From contig CAWDSK010000005.1 in assembly GCA_963804995.1 (NCBI GenBank), positions 768,001 through 832,000 on the forward strand: a stretch of 64,000 nt of DNA. Direction: 5' to 3'. Made by a program: the position numbers and the translations under genes. Every line of letters begins with the position of its first letter. Within the stretch, counting starts at the first letter, position 1. The notes below the pieces were generated by a model. That model saw only the letters and a list, made by a program, of their open reading frames with translations, did not search any database and was not told the DNA's origin. The stretch is from an uncultured Acidobacteriota bacterium (GTDB lineage Bacteria; Acidobacteriota; Terriglobia; UBA7540). This document shows, piece after piece, positions 20,287 through 29,230 of the stretch.

Positions 20287-21831
20287 ATGAGACTATCCAG
20301 AGGTGTTCATTTCTTTGTTCTATCCTTGATATGCGCATTGATGATCGTGACTTCGTGCTCAAGAAAAGAAACTGCTTCAAAGCCGGAACCGGAAAAAGCC
20401 CAGGTCCAGGTCAACTGGGAGAAGGTGGTTACGGTTTCGAAGACCGTGCCCTCGCTGCAAGTGGTCGTCAACCCTCCCTTGCGCCGGGGCTCGAAGATTC
20501 ACGATCGTGTCTTCCAGGCTTTGCACGACCTGGGGGCCGACTACGTTCGTTACGTGCCGTGGCTGCCCTATCCCAAGCTGGGAGTTGCCGAGCTCGAACC
20601 GCCCCAGGACGGGAAGACTTCCTGGGACTTTTCGCTTATTGATCCCATGACGGAAGACTTTCTGAACGCGACGGCGGGGCACTCGGTGATTCTCAACTTC
20701 AGCACGATTCCCGAGTGGATGTTCAAGACGGAGAAGCCGGTGCCGTATCCCGCCGACCCGGACCAGCCGGTTTGGAATTACCAACAAGGAACGGAGGCGC
20801 GCGACCCCACCTTTAAGGAAGTCGCGGACTACTACGCGCGGCTGGTGAGTTGGTACACCGCAGGCGGATTCACGGATGAATACGGCAAGCGCCACGAGTC
20901 CGGTCATCACTACAAAATCGACTATTGGGAAATCTTGAACGAAGTGGACTCCGAGCACTCCATGACGCCGGAGACTTACACGCGCTTGTACGACGCGGTG
21001 GTGGCCGCGCTTCACCACGTCCAGCCGCAAATGAAGTTCGTCGCCATGGCCCTGTCGTTTCCGTCCCTGGCGCCCCGGTATTTTGAATACTTCCTCAATC
21101 CCAAGAACCACAAGCCGGGGACTCCGTTGGACATGATCTCCTACCATTTCTACGCGACACCGGAACCTGACGAGACCCCCGAAATCGAGCCCTACGTGTT
21201 CTTCGAACAGGCGGACCAGTTCATTACCACCGTACGATATATCGAAACGATCCGGCAGCGTCTCTCTCCTCACACGCGCACGACTGTGGATGAGATTGGC
21301 TCCATTGACTCGAGCGACTTCGCCCAGAAGCTCCCGGGCTACGTCTTTAAGGATCTACCCCAGGCTTACTGGAATCTGAGCGGCGCGACTTTCGCCTACG
21401 TCTATGCAGAGCTCGCCCGGCTGGGAATCGACGTGGCCGGCCAATCTCAAATGGTGGGGTATCCGACCCAGTTTCCCAGCGTGTCCTTGGTGGATTGGAA
21501 TACCGGGCAACCCAATACTCGTTACTGGGTATTGAAACTGTTGCATGACAACTTGGGCCCCGGGGATAAGCTGATGGACACTACCTCCAATCTTCCCTAT
21601 GTCTACGCCTATGGTTTCGTGACGCGCGACGGCAAACACAAACTGTTGCTCATCAACAAGCGCAACCGCAGCTTTGAGGTTTCGATTCCCGGCGGCGCCG
21701 GCGCGGCGATCGCCTACGTTGATCAGACCACTGGTTTCAACCCCCCCGGCGTGGCGCACCTGAACGGCGACCAGACGACTCTCGGAGGACTGGCGGTGGC
21801 CGTCGTGACACTTTCCGGAGAAAATAAATGA
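20287..21831 (+). CDS. GH39-like glycoside hydrolase, lipoprotein
   Basis: Lipobox-like VTSC, YWEILNE (acid/base), DMISYHFY and VDEIG (nucleophile). Confidence 0.78.
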   Translation: MRLSRGVHFFVLSLICALMIVTSCSRKETASKPEPEKAQVQVNWEKVVTVSKTVPSLQVVVNPPLRRGSKIHDRVFQALHDLGADYVRYVPWLPYPKLGVAELEPPQDGKTSWDFSLIDPMTEDFLNATAGHSVILNFSTIPEWMFKTEKPVPYPADPDQPVWNYQQGTEARDPTFKEVADYYARLVSWYTAGGFTDEYGKRHESGHHYKIDYWEILNEVDSEHSMTPETYTRLYDAVVAALHHVQPQMKFVAMALSFPSLAPRYFEYFLNPKNHKPGTPLDMISYHFYATPEPDETPEIEPYVFFEQADQFITTVRYIETIRQRLSPHTRTTVDEIGSIDSSDFAQKLPGYVFKDLPQAYWNLSGATFAYVYAELARLGIDVAGQSQMVGYPTQFPSVSLVDWNTGQPNTRYWVLKLLHDNLGPGDKLMDTTSNLPYVYAYGFVTRDGKHKLLLINKRNRSFEVSIPGGAGAAIAYVDQTTGFNPPGVAHLNGDQTTLGGLAVAVVTLSGENK

Positions 21832-23210
21832 TCAACTCACGTCGCCGCTTCCTGTTGAGTGGAGGAGCCACCACACTTGTCTTGGCCACTCAATGCCTCC
21901 GGGCTCGTTCGTCCCTTCCAGAATCAAGTAACCCGGACTTGCCCCAAGGCAATCCAATCGTGACGGGAAGAGGCTTATGCGATCCCCATGTGCGGATCTT
22001 TGGTGAGCAGGCTTACCTTTACGCGACGCATGATGCGGTACCCGGGAGCAGGGACTTTATTATGAATGATTGGTGGGTTTGGCGCTCCCCTGATCTCGTG
22101 CATTGGGAGCAGGTGAGCACCCTCAAGCCCGAAGACACCTACTGGCGCAAACCGTCACCCGAGTGCTGGGCGACGGACGCGATCAGCCGCAACGGAAAAT
22201 ACTATTTCTACTTTTCACGCGGCCCCGAAGAAATAGGAGTTGTGGAAGGCAACACGCCTGCCGGTCCCTGGAGGGACCCCTTGGGCAAACCTCTCATCGC
22301 CAAAGGATCCACTCCCACCCTGGCTCGCGATCCCGGGATCTTCCAGGAAAAAGATGGCACAAGCTACATCGTCTTCGGCTGCTGGGATTACTACCTGGCG
22401 CGGCTGAATGATGACATGATCTCGTTGGCCGAAACCCCACGCCTGATACGCCTGGACCGCAAGATGGGCCCGTACGGTCCGGGAAAGCTTGACAACAAGC
22501 CTTACCTGCACAAGCGGAATGGTATTTATTATCTGTCCTGGGGTTGTTATTACGCGATGTCTGACCGCCTTTACGGACCCTACGTTTACAAAGACTCGGT
22601 GCTGAAGAGTAATCGTACCGCCCCGGAGTTCCGCAAAAGACTGACCTTCGACCGGCACGGATCGTTCTTTGAATTCAAGAATCAATGGTATTTCATCTGC
22701 AATGATCAGGATTGGCCCGGCACGTCGGAGTTCTATCGCGACTCGGTCATCAGCTACGTTCATTACCGAAACAACGGAGAAATTGAGACTGTAGATCTGA
22801 ATCGTCTGGGGGTGGGAAGGTACGATGCGAGGGAACCACACATCGAGGCTGCTAACTACTTCAGTGGCGCCGGCGTCACCGTAAGGGAATGTCTTCCCAG
22901 TGGTTATGAGGTGCGTGACATCCAGGATGGTAGCAGTCTTGTGTATTCGAATCTAAGCAATATCCCTCCCCAGGCTTCGTTGTTACTGCAATACGCCTCC
23001 GGAAATCCGGGCGGGGCAACCGTTGAGATCCGTGACGGCCGAAAGAGCAACCAACTCCTCGGCAGTTGCAAAGCTCCCTTCACCGGAGGATGGGAGTCTT
23101 ATCAATCCGCAGTTTGTCGGCTGACGAGTGGGGCGAACGAGGTGGACTTGTGCCTCACCTTTCGAGGCGGCAAGGGCGAACTTCTCCGCCTCAAATGGCT
23201 TAGCTTCTAG
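21828..23210 (+). CDS. GH43 glycoside hydrolase with CBM6-like domain, Tat signal
   Basis: Motifs SRRRFL, CDPHV, YLYATHD, WATD, GPWRDPLGKPL and RDPG, plus C-terminal IEA...TGGW. Confidence 0.88.
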   Translation: MINSRRRFLLSGGATTLVLATQCLRARSSLPESSNPDLPQGNPIVTGRGLCDPHVRIFGEQAYLYATHDAVPGSRDFIMNDWWVWRSPDLVHWEQVSTLKPEDTYWRKPSPECWATDAISRNGKYYFYFSRGPEEIGVVEGNTPAGPWRDPLGKPLIAKGSTPTLARDPGIFQEKDGTSYIVFGCWDYYLARLNDDMISLAETPRLIRLDRKMGPYGPGKLDNKPYLHKRNGIYYLSWGCYYAMSDRLYGPYVYKDSVLKSNRTAPEFRKRLTFDRHGSFFEFKNQWYFICNDQDWPGTSEFYRDSVISYVHYRNNGEIETVDLNRLGVGRYDAREPHIEAANYFSGAGVTVRECLPSGYEVRDIQDGSSLVYSNLSNIPPQASLLLQYASGNPGGATVEIRDGRKSNQLLGSCKAPFTGGWESYQSAVCRLTSGANEVDLCLTFRGGKGELLRLKWLSF

Positions 23211-23323
23211 TGTTCTATAACAGAGGTTCGCTCACCGAGTCTCTGACATGCGGAGGCCGTTCCGTGCCCTGTCAGGGGCGTAAGATCGTAGCCCAGGGCG
23301 CAAGCCCATAAGCGTTAATCTAA

Positions 23324-23630
23324 CCCCTCCGAGGGGAGAGGGTGGACCGCAGCCGGCGTACTCATCAGCCGGGGCGGGACGGGTGAGGGGTTACTTCGTC
23401 AGCTTCGCATCGCCGAAGGCCAGACCATTCAGCGCCAACCCACTGGAGATTCGCAACCAGCCTACGCCTAGAACTCGCAAGTAATCGTATTTTTCGCCGC
23501 GTCTTTTCGTACTTGAACAGGCTGCCAGTGGATACTGCTGAATTGCCCGCCAGAACTAACCCCTCACCCGTCGTGCTCCGGCTGGTGAAAGCGCCGGCAG
23601 CCCGCCACCCTCTCCCCTCGGAGAGGGCTA
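23324..23630. repeat. Inverted pair of CCCTCTCCC/GGGAGAGGG...GGGTGAGGGG REP-like elements
   Basis: Copies at 23324-23390 (+) and 23557-23630 (-). The same family occurs at 33521-33662 and 61956-62028. Confidence 0.8.
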
Positions 23631-23767
23631 TGAATTCAAGTCCCTCTCTCCTCCACATAAATTCAAATTAACTCTCCCCTCGGTTGCCGCGGCGACAGAG
23701 GGGCCGGGGATGAGGGGGTTCTCTAATAATCAGAGAGCTTTGTTGACCTGCGCTGAATTTCCTCTCT

Positions 23768-23950
23768 TCACTGCTTGATAATGGTTCCGTCGAGGCGGCG
23801 AATTTCCCTCCCACCCCCCGTTGTATTGTTTTTGCTCCGGCCCCTCATCCGTGCCATAGGGGAATCTTGCGGCCAACTTCTCATCTACTTCAATGCCGTG
23901 GCCGGGGGCTTCGTTGACATACCAGTAGCCGTCCTTTATTTTCGGACAGC
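23768..23950 (-). pseudogene. 3' remnant of an enolase-superfamily (RspA/mannonate dehydratase-like) gene
   Basis: Reads CPKIKDGYWYVNEAPGHGIEVDEKLAARFP, then after a frameshift EIRRLDGTIIKQ*. The 5' part is absent and the remnant abuts the vapC stop. Confidence 0.7.
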
Positions 23951-23952
23951 AC

Positions 23953-24345
23953 TTACGTGATAGCGGGGGAAAGGTCCGTATGTGTGAAATCATCGCCCTT
24001 GAACAAAATCGGTTCGCCCATTACCTTCGCCAAGGCATACGCGAAGCAGTCCCCAAAATTCAAACCTGCGGCATGCCGGCCCTTACCATATTTACGCCAT
24101 GCTACGCGCGCAATTTCTATCTGGTCGGAATCCACCGGGACAATTTCGAGTTTTGCACGATGCAGGAAAAGATCAAACTCGCGACCTGCAGCTTCGCCGC
24201 GCCGTGCTTCCAGCACAATACCTGTTTCGAGAACATTGGCTGCAGAGATGTACCGTGTATCCCCCTGGGTTATCAGATCCAAGAACTGCTTTCTCTCTGG
24301 CTCCGCCAAGAAGATGGCGAGTAATGCGGAGGTGTCAACGACCAT
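23953..24345 (-). CDS. vapC: VapC PIN-domain toxin
   Basis: Motifs MVVDTSALLAI, YGKGRHAAGLNFGDCFAYALA and FKGDDF. Confidence 0.95.
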   Translation of the reverse strand: MVVDTSALLAIFLAEPERKQFLDLITQGDTRYISAANVLETGIVLEARRGEAAGREFDLFLHRAKLEIVPVDSDQIEIARVAWRKYGKGRHAAGLNFGDCFAYALAKVMGEPILFKGDDFTHTDLSPAIT

Positions 24346-24599
24346 TAGCGGGGCACCCCCTGATCGTCATATCCCAAAATCTCAGCCTCGGGCCGGGTGT
24401 CCAGCGTTGGGAGACTGTCGACGCGGCGCAATATATCATCAAGTTTCTCGGTCATGATGTGTCCCTGGTGTCGCCGTTTTAGTCGTTGCAAGCGTTCCTT
24501 GAGAGCACTCTCAATTGCTTCGGTGAGAGACTCCCCCGCCTCTCTAGCAACTTGCCGGGCCAGACGCTCGGTCTCGATATTCTTTATGCTCAAAGCCAT
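24345..24599 (-). CDS. vapB: VapB antitoxin (Rv0623-like)
   Basis: Reads MALSIKN..TERLAR..GESLTEAI..ALKERL...ILGYDDQGVP. Its stop overlaps the vapC start. Confidence 0.92.
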   Translation of the reverse strand: MALSIKNIETERLARQVAREAGESLTEAIESALKERLQRLKRRHQGHIMTEKLDDILRRVDSLPTLDTRPEAEILGYDDQGVPR

Positions 24600-24870
24600 T
24601 TCTTATCCTCCGCACCCTATTATAGCATTCTGTATGAATGTCTATAGTTATATATTTAGTTCGAAAGAAGATTGTATTCCCTTGGTTTTTAACCTCTTAC
24701 ACCAACGCTAACATTAGGTTCGCGTTGGATGAATCCTGGTGAGCCCGTCAGGAAGGCAACCTGGCACCCCTACGAGTCGGGGCGACTTAGTGTGGATTAA
24801 GCCAGCCGGCCGCAACCAGAACGTGCCACGGCCGACCTGTCCCGATGCATCGGGGTCCTGGCCTTCCCAG

Positions 24871-25626
24871 TCACGTGGGGGGGGATCCCGATGAATTGGG
24901 GCAGGCTGCCCATGCCACGACGTAGGGGCCAGCGCCCTGCGCCCCAGAGCCGGCTTCGGGGGGCGCCGGGGGAGCGCTGGCCCCGGGCCTGGTCAAGAGG
25001 AACAGGGCCCGCCCGCTGACTTCCTCGTCGAATTCCACACCGCCTCCCTCGAATTCGAGCCTGATCCCTTCCACGGGGTGTTCGGGAGGCACTTTGCCGA
25101 GGGCGCAGTTCACTTCGAGCGTCGCGTTTTTCGCCAGCCCCCACACTGGCAGGAGGCGGATGCGGAAGACGGCCAGACCTCCTGCCGGCATGGAGCCGGA
25201 GAACATTCGCGAACGCATGGGGCCGAACTGTGGGGGGCCGAGTGCCCGGCCTTCGCGCCTGAGTGCACCCGGCGCGATCCCGTACGAATCAAAGCTAACG
25301 AGTTCACTCGCAATCCAGACACCCGTCTCGAGCACCAATCCGTCAGTGGACTTGTGGGTGAAAGTTCCGGCGGCGGTGACCGACTTGCCTGGTGTGCTGA
25401 GCGTGCCTGCGCCGCTCATCTCATAGCTCGCGCCATCGGCTGACCTGACCACCGCCGGGCAGGCCGAGGAGTCGCCAGAATCGCAAAGTAACCCCGCGCC
25501 CACCAGGAAGATGTAATTGCCTGTGCTGCTTTGGGCCACCGCCGGAAGGACAGCCAGAAACATCGGCAAGCTCGCGAGTATCAGCCGCTTCATCGCCAGG
25601 CTCGAAAACACAGTTCGGCGTGACAT
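24871..25626 (-). CDS. Secreted hypothetical protein
   Basis: GGAGG RBS, signal peptide ending AVA-Q, and a beta-rich body with a Cys pair. Confidence 0.7.
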   Translation of the reverse strand: MSRRTVFSSLAMKRLILASLPMFLAVLPAVAQSSTGNYIFLVGAGLLCDSGDSSACPAVVRSADGASYEMSGAGTLSTPGKSVTAAGTFTHKSTDGLVLETGVWIASELVSFDSYGIAPGALRREGRALGPPQFGPMRSRMFSGSMPAGGLAVFRIRLLPVWGLAKNATLEVNCALGKVPPEHPVEGIRLEFEGGGVEFDEEVSGRALFLLTRPGASAPPAPPEAGSGAQGAGPYVVAWAACPNSSGSPPT

Positions 25627-25660
25627 ATTCACCTCCCGTCGTTGGGAGACATCCCCCTCG

Positions 25661-25686
25661 CCATTCCCACGAACGCGGGAATCCAG
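25661..25686. repeat. ATTCCC-N8-GGGAAT (dRS3-like) REP palindrome
   Basis: Sequence ccattcccacgaacgcgggaatccag. Confidence 0.5.
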
Positions 25687-25910
25687 TCTCCCCTGGACAC
25701 ACATCGACTGCCGCTTCACAAATGTGCTGCTCGCATCGCCCTTATTCAGCCTAGCCGGGCGGATGCGCGGTGAGTACGAACCGCAGAGTTACAGAACCCG
25801 CCGCGGCGGGCGCTACCTTGCTCTCTGACGCGCCGCGCAGCCGCGCGGAGCATCAGCCTGAGGGGGAAAACACGATGTATGCTACATCACGACAAAAATC
25901 GCCGGCGGGC

Positions 25911-27158
25911 TTACGGGATTCGCAGGAAGCCGTGGGACACACCGTTCGCGTCCACGTACGGTCCGACGATCGCCCCCGCAGGGTTGTTGCCGTAGGGGAT
26001 AGTACCTTGGTAGGCTCCTGTGCCCGCCCCCGGAACGTCGAAGGTCGTGAGCGTGCCGTCAGGAGCCCGCAGGAAGCCATGATTGACATCGTTCGTGTCC
26101 GTGTAGTTTCCCGTGATCTCCCCCGCTGGGTTGTTGCTAGCGGGATAGGTGCCCTGGAAGAAGCCTGTGCCTCCCCCCGGAACGTCAAAGGTGGTGATGG
26201 TGCCGTGAGGAGCGCGCAGGTAGCCATGAAACACACTGCTCCCATCAAGGTAGAATCCCGTGACCGCCCGCTCTGGGTTCAGGGCCATAGCCACGGTGCC
26301 CTGGAAGTTGCCTGTGCCCGCGCCCGGAGCGTCGAACGTGGTGACGGTACCTTTAGGAGCGCGCAAGTAGCCGTGAAACGCACCGCTAGCGTCTACGTAC
26401 CATCCGCTGATTGCCCCCTCCGGGTTCAGGGCATAGAACGTTGTGGTCCACGTGCCCTGGACGTCCCCTGTGCCCGCGCCCGGAGCGTCGAACGTGGTGA
26501 AAGTCCCGTGAGGAGCGCGCAGGAAGACGTGACCCACACCGCTCGGGTCAGTGTAAATTCCCGTGATTGTCCCCGCGGCGTTGATGTTTTGGGCCGAAGT
26601 GCCCTTCATTACTAGCCAAAACAGCCCTGTTGAGCAGTCGCCCCCAACTGTGCCCGCGCCCGGAACGTCAATCGTCGTGAACCGGCCATCAGGAGCGCGC
26701 AGGAACCCGTGATACCCACAACTCGCGTCGAAATAGTTTCCCGTGATCGCCCCCTCCGGGTTGATCGCGAAGGCCGCAGTTCCCTGGCCCGCGCCTGTGC
26801 CCGCGCCCGGAACGTCAATCGTCGTGAACCGGCCGTTGGGAGTGCGCAGGAAGCCGTGATTCACATTGCCCGCGTCCACATACCATCCCACGACCGCCCC
26901 CTGCGCGTCTATGCCATTGGGGGTGGTGCCTTGGCCGGGATCTGTGCCCGCGCCTGGAGCGTCGAAGGTGATGATTGTAGCCTTCCGAGCACCCGCGGAA
27001 ACGCCCACCCCTAACATGCAGACGGCCAGGCATAGCATCGCCGACGCCATGGACCTTCTTACAACTTGGTAGACTTTCACTTTTTGAGCCCAGGTCCCTT
27101 GGCCGCTGACGATCAGCGGCAGGACCGCCGAAAACACCATGCTGAATGATTTACGCAT
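25911..27158 (-). CDS. Secreted repeat protein (about six ~50-aa repeats, probable beta-propeller)
   Basis: Repeated unit FD(A/V)PGAGTG..QGT....NP.G.I.G.Y.D....HG(F/Y)LRAP.G..TT. GGAGG RBS. Confidence 0.8.
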   Translation of the reverse strand: MRKSFSMVFSAVLPLIVSGQGTWAQKVKVYQVVRRSMASAMLCLAVCMLGVGVSAGARKATIITFDAPGAGTDPGQGTTPNGIDAQGAVVGWYVDAGNVNHGFLRTPNGRFTTIDVPGAGTGAGQGTAAFAINPEGAITGNYFDASCGYHGFLRAPDGRFTTIDVPGAGTVGGDCSTGLFWLVMKGTSAQNINAAGTITGIYTDPSGVGHVFLRAPHGTFTTFDAPGAGTGDVQGTWTTTFYALNPEGAISGWYVDASGAFHGYLRAPKGTVTTFDAPGAGTGNFQGTVAMALNPERAVTGFYLDGSSVFHGYLRAPHGTITTFDVPGGGTGFFQGTYPASNNPAGEITGNYTDTNDVNHGFLRAPDGTLTTFDVPGAGTGAYQGTIPYGNNPAGAIVGPYVDANGVSHGFLRIP

Positions 27159-27275
27159 AAACTCACCTCCAAGGATTGAGAGACTAATGATGCTTCTTCG
27201 TTTCTTTTCTCATTGCACGGTAATGAACAGGTCGAGATTTCGATTTTAGGAGCCGCAGAGGTAGGCTAACTGCGC

Positions 27276-27473
27276 CTAGCTCTGCGCTGACCGCTTTTTG
27301 GCGCCTACGATGCCCAGCATCGCGATGCCCAGCAGGATCAGATTTGACGGCTCGGGTGTGGTGGCTAGATTCGGGCTGAACCCGAAACTATAGTAGTCTG
27401 CCAGCGGAAATGTGTTCCCGCCCATCTCAGCGTCGAACGCGGCTTGATCGGACTCGAACACAGGGTCGGCAAC
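27276..27473 (-). pseudogene. C-terminal remnant of a PEP-CTERM protein
   Basis: ATTPEPSNLILLGIAMLGIVGAKKRS is a PEP motif, TM helix and basic tail. There is no signal peptide or RBS, and it is cut off by the upstream gene's stop. Confidence 0.65.
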
Positions 27474-28280
27474 TCAGACCATGTGGGTTCCTTCAAGTAG
27501 CATCCAGTCGAGCGCAGGATCACGTCGTCGGCGACGGAATGCCTGTTCGGGTGGCACGTATGGCATAGGCCGGTCGTAGTCCCAACAGAAGAAACCTCGA
27601 AACGGATCTCCCTTCGAATGTTGCGGCGATAGGCGGCTTTGGCTCTGACCGAGCGTGAATCCAAGCGTCACGTCGTCATGGTCCGGGTAGTTGGGATCGT
27701 AGATGTACAGTTCGACCCGCCTTGTGGCATTGTCGAATGTGTAACCCCATGCTGTCACTTGGTGATTTTTCCAAACGTCGATGAAGCCCCGTACTCGAAT
27801 CACGCAGAGCGATGCTGGGAAGCCTCGGTCCAGCAGGTCCTTGGCATGTGGCCACTCTTCCGATTGCGTTAGGTGGCCAATGCTGTGGCGATCGTGCCAG
27901 TGGCCTTCGTCGGGTCGAGCCATCCAGTCCGCGCAGCGTCCAGGTAAGCTGCCGTGCGCAACCAGCGCGTCCAACTGGCGGTCAAACAGCTCCTTAAAGA
28001 GAGGCGTGCCGTTGTCGGGGGAACTCGTAGTGAGCGGGATAATGCCGGGTCTATGGCCGAAGTAGCGGTCGAGCGCAGCCCAGCACATACCGCCGCAGAG
28101 ATGATCGATCTTTCGGGGCCATGCAAGCGCGGCCAAGCCCCCGGTCAGCACAATCCCTGTGATGGTCGTGCAGCGGTCTCGGTCCCACGCGATATCACCG
28201 AGTGAGACGTCGAAGTCATTTGGGAAGTGGAATCCGTGCCAGTGTGGTCGGAATGTTGTGTCGACACGCACGACTGTCAT
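27474..28280 (-). CDS. Hypothetical protein, probable papain-fold cysteine peptidase
   Basis: LCGGM (Cys), NHQV (His) and YIYDPN (Asp) occur in papain-like order. GGAGG RBS. Confidence 0.65.
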   Translation of the reverse strand: MTVVRVDTTFRPHWHGFHFPNDFDVSLGDIAWDRDRCTTITGIVLTGGLAALAWPRKIDHLCGGMCWAALDRYFGHRPGIIPLTTSSPDNGTPLFKELFDRQLDALVAHGSLPGRCADWMARPDEGHWHDRHSIGHLTQSEEWPHAKDLLDRGFPASLCVIRVRGFIDVWKNHQVTAWGYTFDNATRRVELYIYDPNYPDHDDVTLGFTLGQSQSRLSPQHSKGDPFRGFFCWDYDRPMPYVPPEQAFRRRRRDPALDWMLLEGTHMV

Positions 28281-28314
28281 ACAGGCCTCCCGGGGCTACG
28301 GTCAGGGGCTACGA

Positions 28315-28791
28315 TCAGCGTCGTGTGGTTCTGCGGCGACTGGTAGTTGTCGCGCGACGAGGACGTGGTCGAGCAATGGGCCGGCCCGTTACATCCACAG
28401 CCGAACCCGCTTGCACCGTGTAAAGGTAATCCCCGCTTCGCTCGCTTAGAGTTACAGAGAAGAGTTCGATATGCTTATGCTGCGGCCACCCACCTGTCGC
28501 GAGGACCCGCTTGCGGTTGATGTATGCGTCCTTCAAAGCAGAAGCCGCAGCGACCTGCACGCTGCTAAACGGAAGCCCTTTCCACGGAATGGCTGGGTTG
28601 TCGCTATCGTAGTGGCTGTCCCGGGACATCACGAAGGTGACTGGGTTGAACATACCCTGGATGTCGTCCGTTAGCGTGAACCGGAAGAACGTCATGCGGC
28701 CAGCAGCATCCCTGTTTTCGTTGACCTCAATGGTGAACTCGCTGATGAAGCCAGTTTTCGTAACAAATCGTGGGACGATCGGGGCTGCCAT
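28315..28791 (-). CDS. Hypothetical protein with Arg/Thr-rich tail
   Basis: 158-aa ORF with a strong AGGAGG RBS, co-oriented 34 bp upstream of the peptidase-like gene. Confidence 0.7.
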   Translation of the reverse strand: MAAPIVPRFVTKTGFISEFTIEVNENRDAAGRMTFFRFTLTDDIQGMFNPVTFVMSRDSHYDSDNPAIPWKGLPFSSVQVAAASALKDAYINRKRVLATGGWPQHKHIELFSVTLSERSGDYLYTVQAGSAVDVTGRPIARPRPRRATTTSRRRTTRR

Positions 28792-28847
28792 AGTTGTGTA
28801 CCTCCTAAGCTGGAATTAGTTTATTGGCCCTCCGGTTGTTGTAACCA

Positions 28848-29027
28848 TAGGTCCGCAAAGGAGAACCGCGCATTGTTTTCCCGCGAGTCAGTCAGATATT
28901 GTTCGATGAGTTCTCCGAATCCCAATCGTTCCTCCAACTCCCGGACCAGAATCAAACCACCGTCGGACGTGACCCGCGATCCCTGCAATGCGACTCGCAG
29001 AAACCGGTTGAACGCAACCTCACCCAT
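28848..29027 (-). mobile_element. IS1380-family transposase N-terminal fragment
   Basis: Reads FNRFLRVALQGSRVTSDGGLILVRELEERLGFGELIEQYLTDSR...FADL and is then truncated. Confidence 0.8.
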
Positions 29028-29230
29028 CCCGTGCCGCCATGTGTGCGCCCACACTGCTCCAGACCCATCTCGGCGTCAATACTCTGCGGGTAACACGGAG
29101 GTGAAATGTTTGTATCTGGCTAACTCCCCGAGAAGAGGTGGCTTGCCCTCCAATGTACTCTTAGTGGTTGGCCTTTCATGGGAACGCGTGTAGTGTTACA
29201 CTTGCCGGCCACAGGGGGGAAGCCGCCCCA

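Noticed and set aside
24717..24817. SRP RNA (ffs) call
   Set aside because: The conserved AGCAG side and the helix-8 pairing are not matched. It is kept only as an unnamed candidate RNA.
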